Positions 26,721 to 36,657 of a stretch of DNA of 64,000 bases are shown here, in pieces (the stretch's first letter is position 1; every line of letters begins with the position of its first letter). The notes beneath the pieces were generated by a model. The model saw only the letters and a list, made by a program, of their open reading frames with translations. It did no database searches and was not told where the DNA came from. Position numbers and translations under genes: made by a program. The stretch is from an uncultured Fimbriimonadaceae bacterium (GTDB taxonomy: Bacteria; Armatimonadota; UBA10988): positions 2,069 through 66,068 of the forward strand of contig CAYONP010000020.1 of the NCBI GenBank assembly GCA_964405335.1, read 5' to 3'.

Positions 26721-27553
26721 CCGGGCGGCGGGACCAGTGCCTCGGCCAGCGGCCGGGCGGTGTCGACGTAGAAGACGTACTTGATCCAGTAGCTCCGCGC
26801 ATCCTTGGCCGGGTGCAGGCCGACCTTGTGCAGCCCCCCGTCGCGCGGGATGCGCAGGCTGAAGCCGAAGCTCTCGCCCCGCTTGACCGCAACGTTGCCG
26901 ACCAGCTCGGAGTCGACCGCCAGGTAGACACGGCCGGTCTCGCGCAGCAGCCGGGCACGGCCCCAAACCACCCAGTCATTGCCGCGCTGTTCGAGGGCGA
27001 CGTTGTGGAAGTCGTAGTAGTGGACGCCGAACACCTGGGTGGCCATGTGCGTGCCGCCGCGACTGAACACCCCGACGCCGAGGTGGGTGTACTGCGGGTC
27101 GAGGATGTTGGCCCGGTGTGGCGGCGAGTTCATCCAGCCGTCGCGTGAGTACATGAACCAGCGGGCCAGCTCCTCGGTCGCCATGCCGCCGCCGCCGAGC
27201 CGCACGAAGGCGATGTTCTCGGCCACGAACGCCTCCCAATAGCCGGCCCGCCAGGCGCGCTGGCCGGGTTCGCGCCAGGCGTCGTGCGGCGCGTCGTGGG
27301 CGAAGTAGTCTTCGAGCACCATCTCGCGGCTGTGCTGCCGCGCGGCGACCTGCAGCGAGGCCAGCGGCCGCAGCTCGGGGATGTCGCGCCGTCGCCGCTC
27401 GTCGTTGACCATCTCGAGAATGCGCTGTTCGACCGCCGGGGTGCCGGGGTGCTCATCCTCGCTCCAGAGCGGCCGGAGGAAGACGCGGTTCGGCTCCTGC
27501 GCGGCAGCGGGCAGGGCGGCGAGCAGAAGCAGCAGGATACGGGCCCAGGACAT
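26717..27553 (-). CDS. secreted CAP (SCP/PR-1-like) domain protein
   Basis: Signal peptide MSWARILLLLLAALPAAAQ. CAP motifs HSREMV...YFAH and GHY-like HTHLGVGV. Confidence 0.7.
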   Translation of the reverse strand: MSWARILLLLLAALPAAAQEPNRVFLRPLWSEDEHPGTPAVEQRILEMVNDERRRRDIPELRPLASLQVAARQHSREMVLEDYFAHDAPHDAWREPGQRAWRAGYWEAFVAENIAFVRLGGGGMATEELARWFMYSRDGWMNSPPHRANILDPQYTHLGVGVFSRGGTHMATQVFGVHYYDFHNVALEQRGNDWVVWGRARLLRETGRVYLAVDSELVGNVAVKRGESFGFSLRIPRDGGLHKVGLHPAKDARSYWIKYVFYVDTARPLAEALVPPPG

Positions 27554-27662
27554 GGCGTCGCCTCTCACGGGCTGGATCATAACCTGAGACGCGTCGCCGC
27601 GCACCGAGGTGCTGAACGGGCATTGAACGGCCGCAGATGCTCCTGAACCGCCTGCCGAGCGG

Positions 27663-27691
27663 TTGACGACCGGCCGGTCGGGCGCTATTCT
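27663..27691 (+). promoter_or_regulatory. candidate sigma70-like promoter upstream of aspartokinase (weak)
   Basis: TTGACG, 17-nt spacer, TATTCT, ending ~25 nt upstream of the GTG start at 27716. Confidence 0.3.
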
Positions 27692-27715
27692 GCCGGCGCG
27701 GACGCGGCGTGAACG

Positions 27716-29038
27716 GTGACTGAGCGTTGGGTGTGCAAGTTCGGCGGCACGTCGGTGGCCGACGCCACGCGCGTCGACCAGGTGCGGCGGATTCTGGCCG
27801 CCGACCCGCGCCGCTCGGTGGTCGTGGTCTCGGCTCCCGGCAAGCGCAGCGACGAAGACCAGAAGATCACCGACCTGCTGCTCATCGCCAAGCGGCTGGC
27901 CGCCGCCGAGCTGAGCTTCGACGCGCCGCTGCGGGTGATCGCCGAGCGGTTCGACGAACTCGCCGCCGACCTCGACGTGCCCGACCTGGCGGGCCCGCTG
28001 ATCGATGAGCTATGCCAAGGGCTGAACAACGGGCAGGGCGAGGACTGGGTCGCCAGCCGCGGTGAGGCGATGTGCGCGCGAATCGTCTCGGCGGCCTTGG
28101 AGGCGACCTACATCGAGCCGTACGAGACGCTCGGCATCGACGCCACCGGGCGGCCCACGCCGGACAGCTACGAGCGCCTGGCGCTGGCCGTCGCCGACGA
28201 GCCGTTGGCGGTGGTGCCCGGCTTCTATGGCCGCGGGCCGACCGGTGAGGTGAAGGTCTTCACCCGCGGCGGCAGCGACATCACCGGCGCCGTGGTGGCC
28301 CGCGCCATCGGCGCCACGGTGTACGAGAACTGGACCGACGTGTCGGGCCTGATGATGGCCGATCCGAAGCTGGTGCCGCAAGCCAAGCCGATGCGCGAGG
28401 TGACCTACGACGAGCTGCGCGAGCTCAGCTACATGGGCGCCCGCGTGCTGCACGAAGAGGCGGTGCTGCCGGTCCGTGGCGTCGGCATCCCGATCCACAT
28501 CCGCAACAGCCTGCGGCCCGACGACCCCGGCACGATGATTGTGCCCGACCGCGACCCGCGCCGGCAGCCGGTGATCGGCGTCGCCGGCGAGGCCTGCTTC
28601 ACCGCCGTGCATGTCTACAAGACGCTGATGAACCGCGAGCGCGGGTTCGGCCGGCGGCTGCTGGGCATCATCGAAAGCCACGGGATCAGCTTCGAGCACA
28701 GCCCCACCGGCATCGACTCGATGTCGGTCGTGCTGCGCGACGACGAGCTGGGCCACAAGATCGATCTGGTGGTCACTGAGATCCAGCGCGTGCTGCAGCC
28801 CGAGCGGATCGAGGTCCACAGCGGCCTGGCGATGATCGCCCTGGTCGGCCTGGGCATGGCCCACCAGGTCGGCATCAGCGCGCGGCTGTTCGGCGCGCTG
28901 GGCGCCGCGGGGGTTAATGTGCAGCTAATCTCGCAGGGCATCTCTGAGCTGAGCATCATCGTCGGTGTGGCCAAGGCCGATTTCGCCGCCGCGGTGCGGG
29001 CGATCTACGCGGCCTTCGCCGAGCTTGGGGAGGGCTGA
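27716..29038 (+). CDS. aspartate kinase
   Basis: 440 aa. KFGGTSVA N-terminal kinase motif, VVVVSAPG, C-terminal ACT domains. GTG start. Confidence 0.9.
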   Translation: MTERWVCKFGGTSVADATRVDQVRRILAADPRRSVVVVSAPGKRSDEDQKITDLLLIAKRLAAAELSFDAPLRVIAERFDELAADLDVPDLAGPLIDELCQGLNNGQGEDWVASRGEAMCARIVSAALEATYIEPYETLGIDATGRPTPDSYERLALAVADEPLAVVPGFYGRGPTGEVKVFTRGGSDITGAVVARAIGATVYENWTDVSGLMMADPKLVPQAKPMREVTYDELRELSYMGARVLHEEAVLPVRGVGIPIHIRNSLRPDDPGTMIVPDRDPRRQPVIGVAGEACFTAVHVYKTLMNRERGFGRRLLGIIESHGISFEHSPTGIDSMSVVLRDDELGHKIDLVVTEIQRVLQPERIEVHSGLAMIALVGLGMAHQVGISARLFGALGAAGVNVQLISQGISELSIIVGVAKADFAAAVRAIYAAFAELGEG

Positions 29039-30054
29039 TGCGCTGGATCGAGTTCCCCGACCCACGGCTCGCCGTCTTCGGCCTGCCCTGGTTCGCCGAG
29101 AACTCGCCCGACCTGTTCCGCCTGCCCAAGTCGCGCCAGGCCCGCTACCGCGAGGCTGTCTGGCACCTGGCCAAGTCGCCGGCCGGGGGGCGCATCCGGT
29201 TTGTCACCGACGCCAACGAGCTACGCATCCGGCTCGACTACGGCGACGTCGGGCACATGAACAACATGCACCGGATCGGCCAGCACGCCGTCGACTGCTA
29301 CGCCGACGGCGTCTTCTGGCGCAACGCCGCGCCGGCCGAGGAGGGGCAGAGCGAACTCGAAACGACGCTCTACTCGGGCGTCGGCACGGCGACACGGGCG
29401 ATCGACCTCTACCTGCCGCTCTACCACCACGTTCGCGTGGTCGCGGTCGGGCTCTCCGACAACGCACTGATCTCCCCCGCTCCACCCTTCGCCCACCCTC
29501 TGCCGGTGGTCTTCTATGGCTCCAGCATCACCCAGGGCGGCTGCGCCAGCCACAGCGGGAACAGCTACCAGGGCATCCTCTGCCGCGACTTGAACCTCGA
29601 TCAGGTCAACCTCGGCTTCAGCGGCAACGGGCTGGGCGAACCCGAGCTGGCCGAGGCGATGGCCGACATCGAGGCGTCGGCCTATGTCGTCGACTACTCG
29701 CAGAACTGCCCCACCGTCGAGCAGATGGCCGAGACCTACGGCCCGTTCCTGCGCATCCTGCGCGAGGCGCGGCGCGACACGCCGATTCTCTGCCTCACGC
29801 CCATCAGCGCCGCGCCCGAGGCCTGGTCGGCCACCACGCGCGAGACCCTCGAGGCCAAGCGCGAGGTGGTTCGGCGCGCAGTGATCATGCGCCACCAAGC
29901 CGGCGACCAGCGGGTCCAGGTGATCGAGGGACCGGCGCTGCTCGGGCCCGACCAGATGGACGGCATCGTCGACGCGAGCCACCCCAACGACCTCGGCTTC
30001 TGGCACATGGCCAATGGGTTGAAGCGCCCACTCGCCGGAGCGCTCGGGCTCTAG
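29038..30054 (+). CDS. SGNH/GDSL-family hydrolase (esterase)
   Basis: Block I GDS-like (VVFYGSSITQGG) and block V DASHPND (Asp-x-x-His). The ATG overlaps the aspartokinase stop. Confidence 0.7.
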   Translation: MRWIEFPDPRLAVFGLPWFAENSPDLFRLPKSRQARYREAVWHLAKSPAGGRIRFVTDANELRIRLDYGDVGHMNNMHRIGQHAVDCYADGVFWRNAAPAEEGQSELETTLYSGVGTATRAIDLYLPLYHHVRVVAVGLSDNALISPAPPFAHPLPVVFYGSSITQGGCASHSGNSYQGILCRDLNLDQVNLGFSGNGLGEPELAEAMADIEASAYVVDYSQNCPTVEQMAETYGPFLRILREARRDTPILCLTPISAAPEAWSATTRETLEAKREVVRRAVIMRHQAGDQRVQVIEGPALLGPDQMDGIVDASHPNDLGFWHMANGLKRPLAGALGL

Positions 30055-30066
30055 CCGAGGTGCCGC

Positions 30067-31068
30067 ATGACCCCCCGCGAGCGATTCGAGGCGGCAATCG
30101 CCGGCCGGCCGGTCGACCGCCTGCCCTGCCATCCGCTGACCATGACCTTCGCCAGCCGGCTGATCGGCCGGCCCTACCGCGACTATGTCCACGACCACCG
30201 CGTGTTGGCCGCCGGTCAGCTCGCCGTCGCCGAGACCTTCGGCATCGACTTCGTCTCGGTGATCAGCGATCCGTGCCGCGAAGTCGACGACCTGGGCGGC
30301 GAGTGCACCTACTTCGACGACGAGGCCCCGGCCTGCGACAGCCGCCGCGCCCTGCTGGCCGAGAAGACCGACCTCGCTCGCCTGCAGCCGCCCGACCCGC
30401 TGGGAGGCGGGCGGATGCATGACCGCGTGAACGGCGTGGCGCTGCTGCGCGAGCGCGTTGGGCCCGACTTCCCGGTCCTCGGCTGGGTCGAAGGGCCGAT
30501 CGCCCTGGCCGTCGACCTGCGCGGGATGCAGGCGCTGATGCTCGACACCGTCGACGACCCCGAGTTCGTGCGCGACCTGTTCGCCTTCGCCGTCGACCTC
30601 GAGATCGAGTTCGCCCGCGCGCAGGTCGCTGCCGGGGCCGACTCCATCGGCATCGGCGATGCCGCCGCGTCGCTGGTCGGCCAGACGTTCTACGAGCGCT
30701 ACGTGCTGCCCGAGGAGCGGCGGCTGGTCGACGCGATCCACTCCCTCGACGCGGCGGTGCGACTGCACATCTGCGGCAACACCTCGCACCTGTTCGCCGG
30801 CATTGCCACCCTCGGCTGTGAGCTGGTCGACATCGACTACACCGCCGACCTGGCCGCCGCCCGCGCGTCGATGCCGACCACCGCGCTGCTGGGCAACCTC
30901 GAGCCGGCCCGTTACCTGCTCCGCGGCACGCCCGACGAGGTGACGGCCAAACTGGCCGAGTGCCACGCGGTCGCCGGCGATCGGTTCGTTGTCGGCGCCG
31001 GCTGCGAGGTGCCGAAGTTCAGCCCGCACGAGAACGTGCGGGCGATGGTCCGGTACGCGGCGGCCTAG
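30067..31068 (+). CDS. uroporphyrinogen decarboxylase (URO-D) family protein (MtaA/CmuA-like)
   Basis: 333 aa. URO-D fold conservation (PLTMTFASRLIG; VRLHICGN). Confidence 0.75.
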   Translation: MTPRERFEAAIAGRPVDRLPCHPLTMTFASRLIGRPYRDYVHDHRVLAAGQLAVAETFGIDFVSVISDPCREVDDLGGECTYFDDEAPACDSRRALLAEKTDLARLQPPDPLGGGRMHDRVNGVALLRERVGPDFPVLGWVEGPIALAVDLRGMQALMLDTVDDPEFVRDLFAFAVDLEIEFARAQVAAGADSIGIGDAAASLVGQTFYERYVLPEERRLVDAIHSLDAAVRLHICGNTSHLFAGIATLGCELVDIDYTADLAAARASMPTTALLGNLEPARYLLRGTPDEVTAKLAECHAVAGDRFVVGAGCEVPKFSPHENVRAMVRYAAA

Positions 31069-31225
31069 GCGAGGATGTCCCGCCAAGACGACCTGCTGGC
31101 GGGGGTCGGCGTGTGCCAAGAGTGACCTCGGGGAATTGGTGAGCTACCTCGGTCCGCCCGGGTTGCGCAGCCGGCGCCCTCGCCGCGGGCCAGGTTGAGG
31201 GCCAGCACGCGAGCCACCGAGCAGC

Positions 31226-32065
31226 TCAGCCATCTGCGGCGTCCAGGTCTGCTATCAACCCCGGCCCTGAACCCGCGCGCAGCTCCCGCAACAAGTCTTG
31301 CGCAACCATATCAACCCGGACATCACCATCATGCCCCGTCCTCCTAGCCAGAAACTCCAACGGCCGGATCAAGCTCGAGATCGCTCCAGCGAGCTCCTCG
31401 TCAGGCCCGCCGCTCCGCGCGACCCGAGCCAGTAGGCCGATACCGACTAGCAAATCCATCCACGCCGGATGCCCCGACCAACCCGCCAACGCACGGTCGC
31501 GCGGGGATCTCCGCGACAGCGCGAGTATCTCTTCAAGCAAATCACGGTCTGTCCTGCGCGCACTCGCCCCGCCCCTGCCACCCACCGCGAGCGCCTCGTT
31601 AACTTGCTTCAGTAGCTTGGGCCACCACATGTCGAACACAGGTTCCAACACCTCCGGCGGCAAAGCAGCATCTGCCAGTTCGTTATTGATCATCTTGACG
31701 ACGCGCCTCATCTCCTCTTCCGAGAATCTCGCGGCCTGAAACTGCACCAAGGGGCCCGTAACATCCGCGGGCTGCATACCTTCAAAAAGGAGAGGGCAGA
31801 CCTTGGCTTGATCCACACTCTTGGCAAGGGCACCCGCCTCGAACAATAGCCAAGGAGCGTTATGACTCTCCGTCGTAATAACCAGTAGACCAACACAACT
31901 CGCCTCAAGCTCATTCGCGATCTCCGTAGACCAACGTGATCCCTTCGCGACGTCATCTGGACTGAAATAGGGGCGGACAGCCTGAAGCACGCTAGGCAAC
32001 CACTGCCGGAGTACATCCGCCACCGCCCGGCTTCGCTCACCAGACCAGCTGATGAAGACTCTCAT
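31226..32065 (-). CDS. TIR-domain protein (putative NADase; ThsB-like) with C-terminal alpha-helical extension
   Basis: Start at internal ATG (MRVFISWSGERS) with GGAGAAAG Shine-Dalgarno 7 nt upstream. FISWSG..., SRWSTEIANELE (W-x3-E putative catalytic Glu) and LLVITTES are canonical TIR blocks. The C-terminal ~140 aa are helical and uncharacterised. Confidence 0.85.
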   Translation of the reverse strand: MRVFISWSGERSRAVADVLRQWLPSVLQAVRPYFSPDDVAKGSRWSTEIANELEASCVGLLVITTESHNAPWLLFEAGALAKSVDQAKVCPLLFEGMQPADVTGPLVQFQAARFSEEEMRRVVKMINNELADAALPPEVLEPVFDMWWPKLLKQVNEALAVGGRGGASARRTDRDLLEEILALSRRSPRDRALAGWSGHPAWMDLLVGIGLLARVARSGGPDEELAGAISSLIRPLEFLARRTGHDGDVRVDMVAQDLLRELRAGSGPGLIADLDAADG

Positions 32066-32154
32066 ATCTTTCTCCCCGCATGTCGCCTGTTGCTCTGTAC
32101 AGACGACCCACGGCACTGTCGCTTCATGAGCGAAGCTGCGGCGTCGGGCCTCTT

Positions 32155-33123
32155 TTATGTGAGAATCTGTTGGAGGATTACCATCGCAGCTGCTCGGATC
32201 TGTTCTGACTGGTGGTCCAGCACCCTGAACTTCTCCGGCCAGTTAGGATCCTGCGGCGCCTTAAGTTCCCGCCAGTATAACTTCAGGACTCTCTCAGTTC
32301 GCTCGACCTGCTGCATCGCGCCGGCCAGGTCGCCGCGCCCGATGGGCTCATCCGTTATCTCGCCAAGGTCGACCTTCTTCATGGTGCGCATTGGGCGCAC
32401 ACCTTGCATGCCCTGAAGGAGGATCACGATCGTCTGCTCGTAACCATACCAACGCTGACTAACCAATGCGGTCTTTAGGTAGTCGTGACCGATCGCAAAG
32501 AACTCGGACCTAGGCTTGTCAGTGATCTTGCGCAGGCCCTGAGCCTCAGCTGGAAACCAGTTATAGAGCAAGCCGTATGTGCCGTATGTGTCAATTAGCT
32601 GCTTTGCGCTGTTGAGCGGCACCGTGATTTCGCCGATGCAGAATTCTGCTTCGCCGGAATATACGGCGTCCGGGATTTGTTCGAATGTGTCCAGCACGCG
32701 TGTTCCGGCACTGCCCGCGTAATCGAAATCTCCAGGGATGAGCCAGTAGACGTCATAGACAGTAGTGCGCTGGTCAAAAGCATATCCGAGTCCATGCAGC
32801 CACATCTGACAGGTGTCCACGCTCCAGGCATGGAGCACAGTGGACTGTTGCTCCACCTCAGTTGACATTAAACGTAGAAAGGTAGGGTTCTGTGAGTTGC
32901 GATGGAAGGTCTGCCGATTCACAACGGTTATTGGACGCGCATAGCGCGAGGGAGCTGCAGCTAGTTTCGTGATGAGGTTGGCATACAACGCCTTAAGATG
33001 CCGGTCATCACGTGGTTGACTGAAAGGGTAAATGACAATCGGGTGGATTCTCCTGCTCTGGGGTGTTGACGCATCCCCGCTTGGAGCTGCCAGGGTGTCT
33101 GGTTGAGTCGTTGAGTTCGGCAT
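32155..33123 (-). CDS. hypothetical protein, TIR-operon partner (no recognisable family; predicted alpha/beta Rossmann-like)
   Basis: 322-aa ORF 86 bp upstream of the TIR gene on the same strand. Lowest GC in the window. Alternating buried beta-strand-like segments (IVIYPF, ITVVN, VYWLIPGDFDYAGSAG, TIVILLQG). Confidence 0.6.
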   Translation of the reverse strand: MPNSTTQPDTLAAPSGDASTPQSRRIHPIVIYPFSQPRDDRHLKALYANLITKLAAAPSRYARPITVVNRQTFHRNSQNPTFLRLMSTEVEQQSTVLHAWSVDTCQMWLHGLGYAFDQRTTVYDVYWLIPGDFDYAGSAGTRVLDTFEQIPDAVYSGEAEFCIGEITVPLNSAKQLIDTYGTYGLLYNWFPAEAQGLRKITDKPRSEFFAIGHDYLKTALVSQRWYGYEQTIVILLQGMQGVRPMRTMKKVDLGEITDEPIGRGDLAGAMQQVERTERVLKLYWRELKAPQDPNWPEKFRVLDHQSEQIRAAAMVILQQILT

Positions 33124-33720
33124 ATGCTCCAGTCGCTCCCAAACCGCGGTTGCCGTTCACGCCGCCAGGCAAGCGCGGCCCAGCAGATCCTGTTCGCCCT
33201 CTACCCCTTTTGGGTAGCGTACCGTCTTGGGAAGGCGCTGTCAATGGACGTTGTGGCGTCCTCCTGGCCTGAAGTTGGCGGCTTGCGAGTAGCAGCCTCT
33301 GGTCGCACCTGACGCCACGCTGCAAGTTGATTGATGGCTGGATACAGTGGCCCGCCCTTTCCAGCTACGCCAGGTGGACGAACAGCACCTCTCCGCACTG
33401 CCGGTGCTCCGTCGTTGACGGCGGACTGTTGGATACCTCTGGTTCGCCCGTGCCTGGCGCGCCGGCGAGTCCTCGCAGACCGCTAGCGACATCCGCGCAT
33501 GCGCCTGTTTGGCGAGATTGAGGACTGACAGGTCAACCTGGCCGCGCGCGTCGCGCACCTGCCAACGCTGCTCAGCGGCAGGGCCGGCAGTCGCTCGGCG
33601 GCTTGCCTGGCGGCTGAACCGGAAACGGCTGGCTGTGAGTGCGCGCAGCAGGACGCCCATCGCGCTGTGCGTGGGAAGCGGCGGACGAGGTTCTGCCCTT
33701 CGCCCGGCGTATAGCCCGCC

Positions 33721-35619
33721 ATGACCGCACGGGTCGTGCTGCTGGGTCTGGTGTTGGTGCCGCTGCAGGCGTTCTGGACCGTCCACATGGAGCTGGTCCG
33801 CGACGGCATCTTCCCCTCGGTGCTCAGCCTGCTGTTCACCGTCGTCTTCCTGCTCTTCGTCGTCTGCCTGGCCAACCTGGCGGTGCGCCGCGTGGCTCCG
33901 CGGCTGGCGCTGCGCGGCGACGAACTGCTGGCGCTCTACATTGTGCTGGCCGCCGGAGCCAGCCTGACCGGCTGCGACGTCGGCCAGACGCTGGTCCACC
34001 TCGTCGGCGCGCCGTACCGCCTGGCCACGCCCGAGAACGCTTGGTCACTGCACTTCCACCGCTACCTGCCGAGCTTTCTGCACCTCGACGACGCGGCCGT
34101 GCTGGAGGGCTTCTACGAGGGCGCCAGCTCGTTCTATCAGTGGCGCATCACGCGGTTCTGGCTCGGGCCGATCGCCAACTGGATGATCTTCTGCGGCCTG
34201 ATGCTGCTGGCCATGCTGGCGACCAATGTGCTGGTCCGCCGGCAGTGGGTCGAGCACGAGCGGCTGACCTTCCCGATTGTCCAGGTGCCGCTCGGCATGA
34301 CCCTGCAGCCCGGCTTCTGGAGCCACCGCGGGCTCTGGTGGGGCTTCGCCGTCGCGGCGTCGATCGACCTGGTCAACGGCCTCAACGCGCTCGTCCCGTG
34401 GGTGCCGCGGATTCCGTGCAAGCAGTTCATCTTGCTCGGCACCCTGACCAGCAGCAAGCCCTGGACCGCGGTCGGCTGGTGGCCGGTGACGGCCTATCCG
34501 TTCGCCATGGGGATCGGCTTCTTGATGCCGCTGGAGATGAACTTCTCATGCTGGTTCGGCCTGCTGCTGTGGAAGGCGCAGAAGGTCGTCGCGATGCAGC
34601 TCGGCGTCGACACCGGCTGGCTGCAGGCGCTGTACCAGGCCGAGCAGGTCAGCGGCGTCTGGCTGGCGGTGCTGCTCTTCGCCGCCTGGAGCGGCCGGCA
34701 CCACTGGCGCGCGATGTGGCATGGCCTGTGGCGCGGCGAGACCGCCGCCGCGCGGGTCGAGCCGTTCGGCGTGCGGACCTGGGCGGCGCTGGCGGTGGTC
34801 GGCTGGGCGGGGATGATCGTCTTCGGCGCGCGGTCGGGGATGAGCGCCGGCTTCGCCGCCGCCTACTTCACCGTCTACCTCGGCTTTTCGCTGGCGCTGA
34901 CGCGGATGCGGGCAGAGTTCGGCCCGCCCTGCCACGACCTGTTCGGCGCCGGGCCCGACCGGACCTTCATCACCTGGCTCGGCGGCCGCGGCATCGCGCC
35001 GCGCAACCTGGCCTCGACGGCGGTGTTCTACTGGCTCAGCCGCGAATCGCCGCGCAGCCACCCGATGCCACCCCAGCTCGAGAGCCTGTTCCTCGCCTCG
35101 GGCGGCCGGCTCAGCCTGGCTCGCGTCGCGCCGGCCATCTGGCTGTTCGGCTGCCTCAGCGCGCTGGTCACCTTCTGGGCGGTGCTCCACTTCGGCTACG
35201 ACCTGGGCAGCCAGGCCAAGTTCCGCGGCCCGGCCACCTGGTTTGCCAGTGAGGGCTTCAACCGCCTCGACGCCTGGCTGGTCAGCCCGCCCGAGCCGCA
35301 GGCCGGGCCGCGCATCGCCATGGTCGCCGCCTTCGTGCTCAGCCTGCTCTGCCTGGTGCTACGCACGCGCTGGCTCGGCTTCGGCTTCCACCCCGCCGGC
35401 TACGCCATCTCGAGCTGGTGGGCCATCAACCTGCTCTGGTTCCCGCTGCTGATTGCCTGGGCGACCAAGCTGGTCATCTTCCGGTACTTCGGCGGCCGCG
35501 CCTACCGCCACGCCCGGTGGTTCTTCATCGGCCTGATTCTCGGCGAGTTCGTGGTCGGGTCGCTGTGGCAGCTCGCCGCGATGATCTGGCGGACGACGAC
35601 GTACGCGTTTTGGATCTGA
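33721..35619 (+). CDS. large polytopic membrane protein (Trp-rich; possible glycosyltransferase-C-fold or transporter-like), unknown function
   Basis: 632 aa with more than 12 hydrophobic helices. Confidence 0.6.
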   Translation: MTARVVLLGLVLVPLQAFWTVHMELVRDGIFPSVLSLLFTVVFLLFVVCLANLAVRRVAPRLALRGDELLALYIVLAAGASLTGCDVGQTLVHLVGAPYRLATPENAWSLHFHRYLPSFLHLDDAAVLEGFYEGASSFYQWRITRFWLGPIANWMIFCGLMLLAMLATNVLVRRQWVEHERLTFPIVQVPLGMTLQPGFWSHRGLWWGFAVAASIDLVNGLNALVPWVPRIPCKQFILLGTLTSSKPWTAVGWWPVTAYPFAMGIGFLMPLEMNFSCWFGLLLWKAQKVVAMQLGVDTGWLQALYQAEQVSGVWLAVLLFAAWSGRHHWRAMWHGLWRGETAAARVEPFGVRTWAALAVVGWAGMIVFGARSGMSAGFAAAYFTVYLGFSLALTRMRAEFGPPCHDLFGAGPDRTFITWLGGRGIAPRNLASTAVFYWLSRESPRSHPMPPQLESLFLASGGRLSLARVAPAIWLFGCLSALVTFWAVLHFGYDLGSQAKFRGPATWFASEGFNRLDAWLVSPPEPQAGPRIAMVAAFVLSLLCLVLRTRWLGFGFHPAGYAISSWWAINLLWFPLLIAWATKLVIFRYFGGRAYRHARWFFIGLILGEFVVGSLWQLAAMIWRTTTYAFWI

Positions 35620-35671
35620 GCGGCGAGAAGGAGCGCCGCCCGACGCGGCGAACCGACGTTCGCGCGAGGAG

Positions 35672-36655
35672 ATGGTCATGGCCAAGGTGGTGGGTGAGCC
35701 GTTGCCGAACATCCCGTGGGAGGATCGGCCGGCCGGCTCGAGCGAGGTCTGTTGGCGCTACAGCGGTAATCCGGTCATCCCGCGCGATGCTATTCCCTGC
35801 GCCAACAGCATCTTCAACAGCGCGGTGGTGCCCTATCTGGGCGCGTTTGCCGGCGTCTTTCGGATCGATGACCGCGCGCGGCGGATGCAGCTCCACGCCG
35901 GCCGCAGCGCCGATGGCCTGCACTGGGAGCTGGCGCCGGAGCCGATCCAGTTCATCGCCGACGATCCCGACATCGGGCGGTTCGAATACGGCTACGACCC
36001 GCGGGTGGTCTGGCTCGAAGACCGTTACTACGTGACTTGGTGCAACGGCTATCACGGACCGACCATCGGCGCGGCCTACACGCACGACTTCGCCTCGTTC
36101 TACCAGCTCGAGAACGCGACCGTGCCGTACAACCGCAACGGGGTGCTGTTTCCGCGGCGGATCGGCGGCAGCTTCGCCATGCTGCACCGCCCGAGCGACC
36201 GCGGCCACACGCCGTTCGGCGACATCTTCTACAGCGAGAGCCCCGACTTCGTGCACTGGGGCCGTCACCGGCATGTGATGAGCCCCGCGGGCGGCTGGGA
36301 GTCGACCAAGATCGGCGCCGGGCCGATTCCCATCGAGACCGACGAGGGCTGGCTGCTGATCTACCACGGCGTGCTGACGAGCTGCAACGGCTATGTCTAT
36401 AGCGCCGGTGTGGCGCTGCTCGACCTCGAACAGCCCTGGCGGGTGATCGGCCGCGGGAGGTACTACATCCTGAACCCGAGCACGTACTACGAGTGCGTCG
36501 GCGATGTGCCGAACGTCGCCTTCCCCTGCGCCGCGCTGTGCGACGCGCCGAGCGGCCGGCTGGCGATCTACTACGGCGCCGCCGACACCGTTGTGGCGCT
36601 CGCCTTCGCCTACGTCGACGAGCTGATCGACCACCTACGGCGGTACCCGCGCTAA
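35672..36655 (+). CDS. GH130-family glycoside phosphorylase/hydrolase (beta-mannoside phosphorylase-like)
   Basis: 327 aa. GH130/DUF377 five-bladed propeller hallmarks ([42 protein letters not shown]). Confidence 0.8.
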   Translation: MVMAKVVGEPLPNIPWEDRPAGSSEVCWRYSGNPVIPRDAIPCANSIFNSAVVPYLGAFAGVFRIDDRARRMQLHAGRSADGLHWELAPEPIQFIADDPDIGRFEYGYDPRVVWLEDRYYVTWCNGYHGPTIGAAYTHDFASFYQLENATVPYNRNGVLFPRRIGGSFAMLHRPSDRGHTPFGDIFYSESPDFVHWGRHRHVMSPAGGWESTKIGAGPIPIETDEGWLLIYHGVLTSCNGYVYSAGVALLDLEQPWRVIGRGRYYILNPSTYYECVGDVPNVAFPCAALCDAPSGRLAIYYGAADTVVALAFAYVDELIDHLRRYPR

Positions 36656-36657
36656 CC

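Larger units (their letters stand above)
31069..33720. other. low-GC genomic island (putative horizontally acquired defense island)
   Basis: By eye, GC falls from ~70% in the flanks to ~50-58% across the two enclosed genes. Both enclosed proteins lack housekeeping homology. The island is bounded by a 157-bp gap on one side and a 600-bp non-coding gap on the other. Confidence 0.6.
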
